A stretch of 63,228 bases of DNA, counting the filler, from Reticulomyxa filosa (taxonomy: Eukaryota > Protista > Foraminifera): NCBI GenBank assembly GCA_000512085.1. It is 17 parts of 17 records of this genome, joined end to end, with 100 filler letters (N's around TTAATTAATTAA, not from the genome) between each part and the next. Parts side by side here need not be neighbours in the genome. Positions count along the whole stretch, not along the records: positions 8,142 to 14,034 come from ASPP01023849.1; positions 14,135 to 15,653 come from ASPP01020294.1; positions 15,754 to 18,481 come from ASPP01043270.1; positions 18,582 to 26,826 come from ASPP01030897.1; 13 more parts are not named here. One strand, 5' to 3'. Below are positions 11,085-23,012 of the stretch, piece after piece; positions within the stretch are counted from its first letter, which is position 1, and the number at the start of each line of letters is the position of its first letter. The notes under the pieces were generated by a model, which saw nothing but the letters and a program-made list of their open reading frames with translations, made no database searches and had not been told where the DNA came from. A program made the position numbers and the translations under genes.

Positions 11085-12491
11085 TTAGCTCAATTCAATA
11101 TTAATGGGGACAAAAACAAATGGGTAGAAGTCACCAGACATGGAAGAAAAGTCAACTTCATTGTCAGGTTTAGGCCCTTGCAACACAACATCAACCAAGT
11201 GAGCATATCTAGCTTTCAAATGCTCCAAGAGCTTTTTTTCTTTGCCCTTTGGCGGTTGAACCAAAGAGATGGCAAAGTCGACAGGCAAGCCAAAGCGCAG
11301 GACACTTTCGACAAAAATGCGAATGATTTTTAAGTGAACGTATCGAGCAAAGGTTTCACTGAAGTTGTTTGAGCAGTACACCTTTAATTTTTTGGTTTGT
11401 TCTTCCTGTTGTTTCTTGAGTTCCATGAGCGCCCTCTCTTCATCTTTTTCCTCGTTCAAATCGAGTGAAAATTCGCGAACAATAAAGCCTTGTTCGCGAC
11501 ACACAGCCCTGAACCAGTCATGTCCCTTTTTCAGCAAGTCCACTTGGAACAGCGCACTTTCATTATCAGCGCTCAGCTCCCTGGCGCTGTTCGGTATGAC
11601 AGTGCGCGTGCCATCAGTTTTGATCATATCAAATACCTCTTGATGTTGATGATGTCCATGTGTTCCATGTCCAGCAGCAGCAGCAGCAGCATGTTCATCA
11701 TGATGTTGTTGTTGCTGACCACCACCACCACCATGAGGATGAGAATGATCATCCTTTTTCTCCTCCAAGGCCTTTTCTTCTTTCTGTTCCTTTTCTTTTT
11801 TCTCCTGTTCGTGTTTCAAAGCCTGTTCCTTTCGCTCCTTTTGCAGCTTCATCAATTTTTCATTGGCCTCGCCGTCTTCCATAAACTCATAATTTTTCAG
11901 AAATTCCGCTCTTTTATTCACAGGCACAATGACCAAGGCGCTGCACAAGTACTCGCCATTCAACCACTTTTTGTCGTCTACGTATTCTCGCAAGTTCTTA
12001 TTCAGCAACGCCGCCGTTTTTTTACGTTCAATTGCGTTCAAGCTCCCTTGGATTTCTCCCAGCTTTGCGCTCCCTGTTCGCAACTTTTCTGCTGTCTTTT
12101 GAAGGTTAATGTGAATCACTTGCACCAGGTCTTGCAATTTCAGACGCGGGTTAATGTGACCGTCATCCCATTCGAATGTCGTCAGATATCCGTGGATCGG
12201 CTTCGTGTACACTGACAACAATTGGTCCGTCTTCTCCAATTCTGCATATGTGCGGTGCAACTTTTGCACCAATGACTTGCCGAACGCGTCGATCTTACCC
12301 ATGCTCTCCGACAATGCCAACAGGTCGTCGATCTTACCTACTCGCAGAGACGTCAATGGCACGTTTTGCAAGTACCATTGCTGTCCATTCAACCGACCCA
12401 CTGACTGATTCAACTCCTTCAACGCCTTCTCTTGATTCCCTTCATTTGGCACGCTTATCAGCCAGTATTCTAAACTTTGTTGAGAGGACAT
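11085..12491 (-). CDS. VMA5: V-type proton ATPase subunit C (V1), intronless
   Basis: YWLISVP, LRVGKIDDLLALSE, YLTTFEW, VIPNSA, FIVREF, HLKIIRIFVESVLRFGLP, FYPFVF. Confidence 0.95.
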   Translation of the reverse strand: MSSQQSLEYWLISVPNEGNQEKALKELNQSVGRLNGQQWYLQNVPLTSLRVGKIDDLLALSESMGKIDAFGKSLVQKLHRTYAELEKTDQLLSVYTKPIHGYLTTFEWDDGHINPRLKLQDLVQVIHINLQKTAEKLRTGSAKLGEIQGSLNAIERKKTAALLNKNLREYVDDKKWLNGEYLCSALVIVPVNKRAEFLKNYEFMEDGEANEKLMKLQKERKEQALKHEQEKKEKEQKEEKALEEKKDDHSHPHGGGGGQQQQHHDEHAAAAAAGHGTHGHHQHQEVFDMIKTDGTRTVIPNSARELSADNESALFQVDLLKKGHDWFRAVCREQGFIVREFSLDLNEEKDEERALMELKKQQEEQTKKLKVYCSNNFSETFARYVHLKIIRIFVESVLRFGLPVDFAISLVQPPKGKEKKLLEHLKARYAHLVDVVLQGPKPDNEVDFSSMSGDFYPFVFVPINIELS

Positions 12492-12775
12492 TACAATCAC
12501 CTTTATTAGCCCACAAAAAAAAAAAAATAAATAGTGAATTTATTTCCTGGGGCTCACCCCTCCTTCCTTTATGCAGTGCCTTAAATTTTTTTTTTTTTAA
12601 GGCTTGAAGGTTATTTACAAACGAAAGGACATCCTTTTATTCATTTTTTATTTCTTTTTTTTCCTGCTTTTTTTTTTAAGGCTTAGTGCTTGACACAAGA
12701 CCTTACTGTAGACGTTTTCTGAAAAGGTACCTTTTTTTGAACAATAAAAAAAGAAGAAAAGTACAATAATCCTTG

Positions 12776-14034
12776 ATGAAATTTGACAAATTATTACAAG
12801 AAAATGCTCGACCAGCATGGGTAGAGAAATATGTGGATTATCACACTCTTAAAAAATTGATAAAGCACATAAAGGAAGCAAATGAAAAGCACAAAGCGAA
12901 AACTGGGTCCGTTGGGCGGACGAGACGAGTGTTCCAGGTAATTGAATAACATGCAGCGTCCAGAAACAACAACAACAAAAAAAAGCATACAGGTACACAT
13001 ACACTAAACATGCCACATACAACAGTGGTCGTTGTTATCGCCGAAAGCACAAGATGCGGAAGACAAGCCAATAAGTGCGATAATGGAAGAAATGGAAAAG
13101 AAGATTGTGGTGAACACTAATAAAGACGAAGAGATGACGGATCCAATCGAACAAGTTAAAATGATCACCGAGGTTGATTTCGCAAGCAGTTTCAAAGCAG
13201 AGGATTTTCCAACGGATGAAATATACCAAGCCGAGCACGAATTCATGGACAAATTATCCCAACAGATGTTCAAAGTCTCCACTTTTTATGCCGAGCAATG
13301 TCAATATTTTGCACATCAGGTAAATACGTATACGCACATACATATACATACATACGTACATGTATATATGTATATATGTATGTACATATACATATATGTA
13401 CAAACAATTTTTAAAAAAAGTACGTATACGTTTTTTGTTTTTGTTTTTTTTTTTTTTAAATATATAAAAAAGATGGAGCAAGTGATAACACGTGCAAAAA
13501 AAGTGCAAGAAGAAGAGGAGAGATTAAAAAGCAAAAAAAATAAAAAAGACAATGGCGAAACGGAGTTGAATTTGGAAAGCAAAGTGGAAGACAAAGTAAA
13601 GACGGTGATGACAGCGATGACGATGAAAGAGGTGCGCGCAGAGAAGCGACGTTTGCGACGATTGTACAGAGAGGAGCACTATGCAATCCACGTGGACTTG
13701 GCATCGTATCGCATTCTGAATGCCATGGCGCTGCTGAAGATAACAAAGAAACGTGATAAAAACTCGTTCAAAAAAGGGTTGAAAGCACTATGTTTCAAAA
13801 AAATAGAGTCTAGCAATTTTCGGAGTGACTACTTTGAGCGTGCATGTTTGAGCCAATTGGAGAAGTCGTACGCGGAGTTGTTTCAGATCACAGATCGAAA
13901 CAACGCAATGACGGAGTTGCAAAAGCAACCTCCGGCAATCGACTTTGAGTCGAACTCGTGTTGGTTTGGGTTTTCTTTGGGATGTTCGGCGGCTTTTTTT
14001 TTGGTGTTGTTTTTTGTAACGTGCAATTTGCAGC
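12776..14034 (+). CDS. SPX-domain membrane protein, probably SPX-EXS (XPR1/SYG1/PHO1 type); truncated
   Basis: Exon 1 (absent from the ORF track): MKFDKLLQENARPAWVEKYVDYHTLKKLIK. Later YRILNAMALLKITKKRDK, DRNNAMTEL and a first TM (FGFSLG). Introns 12938-13025 and 13320-13472. Confidence 0.88.
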
Positions 14035-14134
14035 NNNNNNNNNNNNNNNNNNNNNNNNNNNNNNNNNNNNNNNNNNNNTTAATTAATTAANNNNNNNNNN
14101 NNNNNNNNNNNNNNNNNNNNNNNNNNNNNNNNNN

Positions 14135-14493
14135 CCTCCTCCTCCTCCTCCTCCATGGGTGTTCATATTGGGTTGCATTGGGACATTGCTTCCTGTCCCC
14201 ATTGGGTTCATTCGCACCACTTTCGGCGGAATCTCTGCGGGCGGCACGTACTCGGGACGCGTCGCTACCCCCAACGGATGCTTGTATGGGTGAATGTTAC
14301 TGTGGTAGTCGAATCCCGACAAACTGTCAAATTCCGGCGCGTCTGGACGCAATTTCGGCTCCAACTTGTTGTAACTATTCTGTCCGTCGTCAAACATTTC
14401 GTCTCGCGACAGCCCATTCTTTTTCATCTCTTCCATTATTCCGCCTTGGCTTTCGTCCAATTGCGATGGCATTTTATTTGTCTTGTTCAGCAT
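14135..14493 (-). CDS. PAM2-motif (PABP-interacting) protein, 5' part
   Basis: KLRPDAPEF matches the PAM2 consensus LNPxAxEF, followed by P/M/N/G low-complexity sequence. Truncated by the linker. Confidence 0.55.
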
Positions 14494-15753
14494 TTCTCTT
14501 TTCTTTTTTTTTTTTTTTTTTTTAAAAAAAATACTTTTTCAGATTGAAATGATTGTTTAAAAAAAAAAAAAATGCCAAATTTGCGCGGCTTCCGTAAGTT
14601 TAGCCAAGGGTTTTGATCGATTTAAAAAAAAACAAGACCAAAAAAAAAAAAGCTCTTGCTTTCTTGCGCAATAATCTGGTCCTTTCTTTTTATTCCCTCC
14701 CTTTGCTTTTTCGCAATTATTTGTTTGCTCATTCACACAACATACTAGTCGTAGTTATTTTAAAAAACAATAAGCGATGGTTGGTAAGTTGCTCGTTTCT
14801 ATAATGTTGTTTACATACAATTGTTTGCAACCAACATGAAAAATCACTTCAGTTGAATGATGATAACAAAAGGACACAGATAAAACTGCTTTTACATTCA
14901 AAAGCATACTCAAACATGATTTGCATTTCGAGGGGCAGCAAGTAGTTAATTTTAAGAAAGCTGTTCTTTTTTCAAGCGGTTTGATTTGGTCTATTTTTTC
15001 CAGCAAAAAGATTACTTTAATTTCGCTTGTGATGCTTGGATTACTTTTATCTTTTGATACAATCACCAAATTATTGAACAATGCAAATACTATTTGTTTG
15101 TCCGTTTTTTGATATAAAAGAGGTCACTAGAATTGCGTTTTCGAAGATAGATAATACTGTTTTACACACAGAGAAAATAATTCTTTCGCAAAGTTTCAAA
15201 TAATAACTTTTCAACAAGACACCATTTGTGATATTTACAATGTTGTTGAGAGCAAACAACAAGGGAACACAAATGACAAAAAAAATGAATACATGTGTTT
15301 TATTTAATTTTTTAATAACATTTGATTGTAAAAAAAACTCCATGGTTGAATTCCTTTGTTCATTTCACATAAAGTTGTAAGTGGTTGAGGTTTCTCCAAT
15401 TTCTATTTTGTTTTCTTGGTTTTCTCTATTTCTTTTCAGCGTTTTCACTATATGAGTTGTAAGACACAAAAAAAGGATCAATGTCTGATATGCGCATTAA
15501 TACCAAGTAACATAAACACACGAATATATAGTGAAAAGAAGAGTAAAAATGTTAACTGCGCTCCCAATAGATAATAACAGACAACACAACACTGAGTGCC
15601 ACTGCACCAACGGCAATGACACCAATGGAAAGACCTTTTTTTTTTTTTTTTTTNNNNNNNNNNNNNNNNNNNNNNNNNNNNNNNNNNNNNNNNNNNNTTA
15701 ATTAATTAANNNNNNNNNNNNNNNNNNNNNNNNNNNNNNNNNNNNNNNNNNNN

Positions 15754-18315
15754 ATGTTTAATGTGTTGGAAAAAATTTTGCTTGATAGAAATAAGCTCGG
15801 TATTTTCGACGTTGAAATCATTGAGCATGTTGCTGTTGATACGTTGGCAAGTGGTAAAAAACGTTCGGGAAATAAAAAGCAAGTTGACGTGCTGAAAAAA
15901 CGCAGTATGAAAGTTAGCAATAATTTTTTGAGTTGGCTTAGGCATTGCACCATATTCCATTACATCCTCATAATAATGTTCATATGTTAAACAACGTTTA
16001 GTGTTGTCAATAAATAAACCAATTTTACCATTATAAAAAACAAAAGGATCAAATGAACGAATTTCATGAGCATTTGGATCAAGCGAAGAAATAATGGCTT
16101 TAATTGAAACGTGAAGATTATTAGTTCTAACACTTCTAATAATTGATCTAACTTTTTCTACTCTAATCCTCTCTTGTGAATCTTCCATCATCAATTGTTC
16201 ATAATTAATTGAATAAAAAGTAACAACTCTTACAACGGTTTATCCAAATAAACTCTCTTCACAAAACTCCCATTTCGATAAAATTGTAAATTTTTATAAC
16301 AAGTCAAAATTACAAAAATTTCCTAACTCGTTTTTGGTAAGTATAGTTTTTTCTAAAGAAATAAAAGTGCAAATGTATTCGCGAATTCATTAGGTAATTT
16401 TTGCACAACTTTTCTAACAACCACTTCTTGATTTTGATTCCATTTAGCTCTTTTAAACTTCTTTTCGACCAAACACTTGTTCATTCGAATGATCTTTTTA
16501 AAATTCTTTTCATACAAACTAAATAAATAATTAAAACTATTCATACTTTTTGACGTATATAATAAAAAACCAGATTCGTCCAATGAATCCAATATTTTCA
16601 ACCGCAGTCAAACATTTCCGCACATCTTTCATATCACCAATAAAAGTTTTTTCATCACTTTTTTTGCAAAAATTAAACGTTATCATCAAAGCGTTTTTAC
16701 GTATATAACTTTTTTCATTTTCAACAACAGTCGAAGATTGCTGAGGAATAAAAATTTTTAATGTTTCTTCACAAGTGACAGTAGGAAACATTAATTTACA
16801 AACTTTATGCTTTATATACTGAAAAATACTTAATTAATCTGTCATTAATATTGATAGTATTTCAGAAAACCAAGGACAGTTTTTTTTCTCATATAAATAG
16901 TTCCATCATTGCTACTAGGCTTATCAAGTAATTTTGAGTTTAAAAACGCGGTAAATAAATTCATTGACGTTTCTCCAAATACGCTAATGTGATGGTATAC
17001 TCACCGGGATATTTTTCCATTGCTTGAAAATATACTCTTTTAAATCTAGCTGTACAACAATAATCCACATACATGACAAATATAGGACCATCATCAGCAT
17101 TAGCACGCTCCATAATTTCATTATCCCCAACAATTCTTTGCTTTTTTCCTTAAAATTCATCAATTCAGTTCTTTTTAGGATTGCTGAATACAATAATTCT
17201 CGTTCAAACATAAGATTTGCACAAAACCGAAAGTACATCTTCTATACTTTTAAGAGATAATTGATGCTTTTTTGCAAAAGTAATCGCATTCAAAGTGCTC
17301 ATGTTATCTTCAAAAAGCTTAATAAGATCAAGTTTATCATCATTCATTGGAAAAATATTTAGGTTGAAAAAAAGATGAAACAAGAAACTTAAACAAAAAC
17401 TGTACAAAAATAAGCCCCTTTCTTATTCGTAAACTTTTTTATGTTTTTTCTTGAGTGGTTCACCAAAAATCCTTTCATATTCTTGTGTTTCCTTTAAACT
17501 TTCCAAATACAAATTGTTTTTACTATAAATTGGTGTAATTACTGGAATCGATTTTAATAATAAATCTCTTTCTACTCTAAATTTCATGACCTCGTATCGT
17601 ATTCCAATAACCATAGGAAGCTAACATTAGTATTTTATCTTCTCTCGTTGGTCTCATTTCAAACCACAAAGGGTTCATAAAATCGATCACATAAGAGATC
17701 AAACTCTTTGGTAATTTCTTTTTTAACATAAAAAAACAATGCTTTGGCGCTCTGGCATACAAGCAAAAACAACTGTCATTCACATAATGATTTATAAAAT
17801 TCACATACTCATAAAAAATTTTACCACAATCACAAACGTAAAAGCAGTACGACCAAAACCAACATCCTTCACTTTATCTCCAATTATCATATTCCAAAAA
17901 ATGATCGCAATCACTAAAACCATAACGCATTAAAATAAACTTCAAAATACTTGTTTCATCTTTTTCTTTTAATAAACTAAAATAGTGAAAAAACATTGCA
18001 GGATTTTTCAAATAATTGCTTGATGTCAACAACGAAAAACAGTGCTTTCCAAATAATATCAAATCACCAACATCTCTCGCAAAATAATTATATTTAGTTT
18101 CGACTTTGATTCGTGAACTGTCTGTTGAATTCGTGCATGAGTTAAATAAAAATGTACGTAAAAATTTTTTTGCTTCAACTACTTTACTTTTTTCTTCTCC
18201 ATCTTCAAAAAAATTTTCGCAATTATTTTCAATTGTTGTTTTATAGATATGCAAAAAAGCTCTGCCAGTTGTTAAAAAAGTTTTATCTTCTCTATCAGCA
18301 AAATATCCGTTTCAT
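15754..18315 (-). mobile_element. Intronless, co-oriented, frameshifted ORF cluster; possible decayed viral/Polinton-like element
   Basis: Tightly packed overlapping ORF pieces, all on the - strand. Lacks the microsatellites and long homopolymer introns of the other contigs. ORF 15754-16194 weakly resembles an A32/FtsK packaging ATPase C-terminus. Confidence 0.4.
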
Positions 18316-18599
18316 TTAATAAGATGATATGATAATATGTAATATGATAATATCATCATTATATTCATGTTCATTTCGTTCCTGCACTTTCAATCAAAAA
18401 AAATAAATATATAAAATACAATTTTCTCTAATCATTCAACAATATTCTTTAAATAACAAGCAATAAATTTCATTTTTTGATNNNNNNNNNNNNNNNNNNN
18501 NNNNNNNNNNNNNNNNNNNNNNNNNTTAATTAATTAANNNNNNNNNNNNNNNNNNNNNNNNNNNNNNNNNNNNNNNNNNNNAAAAAAAAAAAAATTCAA

Positions 18600-20058
18600 A
18601 ACTGATAAAGACAAGGATGGTTCACTGTCCGCATAGTCATCGTCGTCAAATAAATAACGAAATAAAAACTCTTCTTCTTGGTGGTGCGATGGCACCACTT
18701 TCAATTTGAAATTGCTTCGATCTCCTTTTTGGCGTTCAGCCTCTGTTAATGTGTCGTCTGCTTTTAAAATGTCTGTTTCGTTACCTACTTTGTGATCGTC
18801 GTCCGTTTTCGATACATACAAGTGCAATGCATTCGACAACATAAACAAGTTGTTTGTATTCGGACGATATTCATACTCGCATTTTCGATACCACCGTTGT
18901 GTCTTCGGCAGCAATTCAGGGTTGGATTTTCCTCGATGGCGAATTCGCAATCGATTCATTTTGTCCGTCTTATATCGAGATTTCCAATATTCCTTTTTTT
19001 TTTTTTTTTTTAAGTCATCCCAAAAAAAAAAAAAAATTAGTATACGTATTACAAATTTGCTACGTGTTAGTTACAAAAGGGGGGGGGGAAAAAACCAAAC
19101 TTCACTGGACAGTCTTCTCTCGACTTTGTAGTGGCCTTTTCTCAATTTGATAATTTTTTCTTTGCGCTCTTCCAAATCTTCAATTTCGTCGTCCAACAAT
19201 TGGCCATCGTCCTCTTCTTTTCTTTCAATCACGATTGGACCGGAAAGTGGTGACATTTGTTGGTCATTTGATGTACTCATGTTAAGACGACCCCCAGTGG
19301 TGGAGAGTTTGTTGTTGCTTGCGTCGGGAACGGCAGTGGCCTCCTCGAACACACGTTCGATCAGAAAGTCGTCCAACGCGTTTGTGTCGGGTGCGCCCAT
19401 AATGGAGAGGTTTGGATTATGGATCTTGATCGGTTCATTTTTTTTGGTTGGGTCCAATTCTTCGTTGGATGTAATTTTTTCGAGTTCGTGAATAAACTTG
19501 CGTGTTGACACTTGCTTCTTCACGCTGACGCTGCTGGTCTTACTTTTGTTCAACGCCTTCTCTTTGTCTTCTGATGACTGTAGTGACGCGTCGTTCCCAT
19601 GAGTCAATTGGTGAATGCTTTCAATCAAATTCTGACGCCGAATTTTTTTGGCAAGGACATCTGTCAATTCCATACGCAGCTCTTCGCTCGTTTTGTTTTT
19701 ATGAAAAGACGACTCGTGGCCAGGTGGATAATACCATTGACTGTCTTGATCTAAGTCCTCCTCGGACGATGAATATGAGAGCTGGTTTTGGTGTTTCGTT
19801 ACATTGCTTTGCGGGGGAAAAGGAGACGGTGAATTTGAACCGGGCTTTTCGATTTCTGATTGTTGAAACGTAGTCGGTACTGTTGTCTCAGTGCGCACGT
19901 TATCTGACAGTTCCGATTCCGTTGCTATTACTTCTTTCGTATCTATTCCATGGCTTTGAGAAACCAACGGTTTTATTCCAGACCGCTTAGTGAGGCTCAT
20001 TCCATTGATTGCACAATATTGGAAAAAGTCTAGGTCTTCTTCCTCGTACACTATCCAT
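18600..20058 (-). CDS. Hypothetical protein, mostly disordered N-terminus; at least 2 exons, truncated
   Basis: ATG at 20058 (MDSVYEEEDLDFFQYC). Phase-0 intron 18993-19100 joins RRLSSE|EYWKSRYKTDKMNRLRIRH. Confidence 0.7.
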
Positions 20059-20273
20059 ATTTCTCAACCGGTGCTTTTGTGTCCTAAACAACTAATTACT
20101 ACTTAAATTAGCTGAGGTTAACCACGCAGACAGTTTTATTTCTTTTATTTTATCTTCGAACGTTTTCAACTGGAGCCGTGCACACAAATCTTAGCAAAAA
20201 AAAAAAGCTGAGGTTGAAAAAAACAAACCAGGTCCACCTTTTTTAAAAATTATTTGCTTTGAGCTTCATTTCA

Positions 20274-22274
20274 ATGACTAGTCCAAGTTCATATACAATT
20301 CCAACCACTGTACTTGATCCCAGTGGATCTGACCACACAAATTTGAGTGTTCCTACTTCTTACATCCAACCAGACAGCAAGCCACAATTGCTTTCACACG
20401 GGATAAACAGTTTGGACAATGATACAAGTAACACTGAGATTCCAGTGACGACAACTAATATCACAGATCCCAACGATGCTGTGAGTGACAAACACTCAGA
20501 GGAGAGGAAGGAAGAGCCTGCACGTTCGCCTTCAGTAACAGCACCACCAAGGTTAATCGACGGTCGTCGCCATGATGAAGTATTCAATCCCAGAAAGCTG
20601 TTCGTAGGCAATCTACCGAAAAATATAAGAACAAGCCGTTTTCGAGAGTATTGGGAGAAATTCGGGCCCTTGGAAGATTGTATCGTAATAAAAGTTTTGT
20701 CATAAAAAGACAAAAACGCACAGCCACGCAAAATCGCGGGCAATGGATGAGAGGAGGAAAAAAAATCAAATCACTATAATAACAAACAGGAGCAAATGAC
20801 GAATGAGAATCGCGGTTTTGGATTTGTTGTCTTTGGTGATGATTCAGCAGTTGAGTGGAGATTTTCTGCAGTTTTCTTAAATGACAAAGCGAGCACTTGA
20901 GACGATTGAACGAGTAATCGCAAAATCCTCTCCCTTTGTTGTAAAGAAAATCCTTTTTTTTTTTTTTGAAATTTGAACGAAATATGAGGTCAAGGTTAGG
21001 AAAAAGATTGATTTAAAATAGAAAACAAAATAAAAAATAAAAAAAAGCTTGAAACAGTTTTAAAATTGGCAGACACGCTTGAGATTGACGGTAAAAAGTT
21101 AGACATAAGGAAGGCAGTGCCGCGTGCAAGCGGCCGGTATCGAGGAGGTCAGGCGTACAATGCTTTGCCACACACAGGGACTGAGGGAATTTCAGAGGCA
21201 GAGACAGGGACAAAAGGGAGCTTAAGCTATTCTTATGGCTTTGATTACAACACTAAAGGAATGAGGTGTGTTGAGAGACAAACAGGGAAACAGAAAGGAA
21301 ATCTTGGGAAAAATTATAAAAAGCAAAGAAGAGAACACAAAAATTAAACATAATTTAAATATCATCAAATCACTTAAAAAAAAAAAAAAAAATTTGTTTT
21401 TTTCTTTGGTTTGTTTGTTTAAACTTGGTTGCGTAAGTTTTCCTTGGTAAAATCTATAGAGCTCCTGTTCGTTTATTCAATAAATTATTCGTTGGCTCTT
21501 TACCAGACAGTGTTACAGCAGAGCAACTGACAGACCTATTTAAGAAATTTGGAAACATAATCGACAGTGTCGTAATGTATGATGCGGAAGGCCGCTCTCG
21601 AAGATTTGGATTTGTTACATTTGGTAAGTTTGTTTGCCTGTTTTGCTTGTATCTGTTGCTTGAGTTTACTGGTTTGACAAAACAGAGGACTCCAGAAACT
21701 GTGATCGAGTGTTAAGCGCAGGACCACATTTTATTGGCAAAAACAAGTTAGCAATTGAACGAGCTGTTCCAAAACGTGATATGGACATGGTCCGTATGGA
21801 AGAAGAACCAAACAAATATGCGCCATATTACAATACTCAAGCTCAATCAACTTATCCCCTGAATACTGGGACGACTGCTCCAGCGTATCATCCTACTTAT
21901 ACATCAATGCCTTATTATGACACATCCTCGTCAATAAATGGAACGGCACTAGGATACTCTGGAATGTATGCAACCAATCCAACTTATTATGGGCAGTTCT
22001 ATGACACAACAACATTTTCTGAACCTCTTACCACTGCAGCTATGGCCCAATCTTTTTATAATGGTGCTTCGACTAACTATTATCTCAATACAAATGACAC
22101 TAACAAAAACACTAATACAAACCAGACAACAGAAACACCGACTGGGGTATGTTGATTGTTAATACTATTTTTAAAAAAAAGCGAATGATGAAACTTAATA
22201 TTGTGTATGTTCTGTAGTACGCTCCATATCACGCACCAGCACAAAGTTATCAAGTGGGTTTTGCACCTTATTAA
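20274..22274 (+). CDS. Two-RRM RNA-binding protein (Musashi/DAZAP1/Hrp1-like), 6 exons
   Basis: KLFVGNLP...RGFGFVVF...IDGKKLDIRKAVPR and KLFVGSLP...SRRFGFVTF...IERAVPK. Y/T-rich tail ends FAPY* (PY-NLS-like). Introns 20694-20789, 20850-21047, 21266-21459, 21624-21685 and about 22148-22217. Confidence 0.9.
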
Positions 22275-23012
22275 ACACGCGACTGGTCAGGAATTGCAGG
22301 CTTTTATCTTGAAATTTTAATCCAAATAATAACACTAGTATAATGGGTCCTGTTTTTGTCTCTTTCTTCTACGAGTTTTCGTTGAGTTTTTCTTAACCAA
22401 TTTCCGCGAGAAATATGTTTTTGTGAAGAGAAAGCCAAAATTATGTATTGTTTCAAGGATTAAATCTTAAAAAACATGAAAAAAGATCAACACGTCTTGG
22501 TTGCAATGCCATAAATTCGATTGCATGTGATTCTTTTTTTTTATCAAAAATTACAACATCATTCAAAAAAAATTAGATCCTAGGTTTTTTGGATGGTCTG
22601 AGTCGAGTTCAGAGACAAAAACAAATGAGTCTATTTTAAAAGAGTGAGTCCTTGAATGAAAGCGACACAAAGTTGTCTCTACTTCAGTTTTGGTAATGAA
22701 CAAGCAAAACAATACACAAAATAAAAAAATAAAATTACATGAAGTGGGAAAACCTCACAAAATACCCAGCATTCGCTATTATTGTTTGAATTTGATCTAC
22801 GTAGGTTCAAATTCAAAATTCTTGAATTCTTCGTAAGACAAATGCGATCCATAAACAAACATTTTGCAACACAATACATTTCTCTAAAACTAACTGGTAA
22901 ACATAACGCCAAGACAGCATTCTATCCCTCGCCCAACGCTCTTGAGAAAAACAAAAATCTATAAAATAGAAAACAACAATTAACATTCTGAATCGTTTCA
23001 TTTTTTCTCTTG

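Noticed and set aside
9740-12607. Long overlapping or antisense ORFs (for example 9740-10624 and 11490-12215)
   Set aside because: These are shadow frames of real genes, with no recognisable motifs.
15754-18315. Alternative genetic code explaining the broken ORFs
   Set aside because: The breaks involve frame changes rather than consistent read-through of one stop codon. Host genes use TAA and TGA as normal stops.
20887-20913. Apparent micro-exon (RALETIER) in the RRM gene
   Set aside because: A single intron 20850-21047 already restores the RRM consensus (FGDDSA|LETVLKL).
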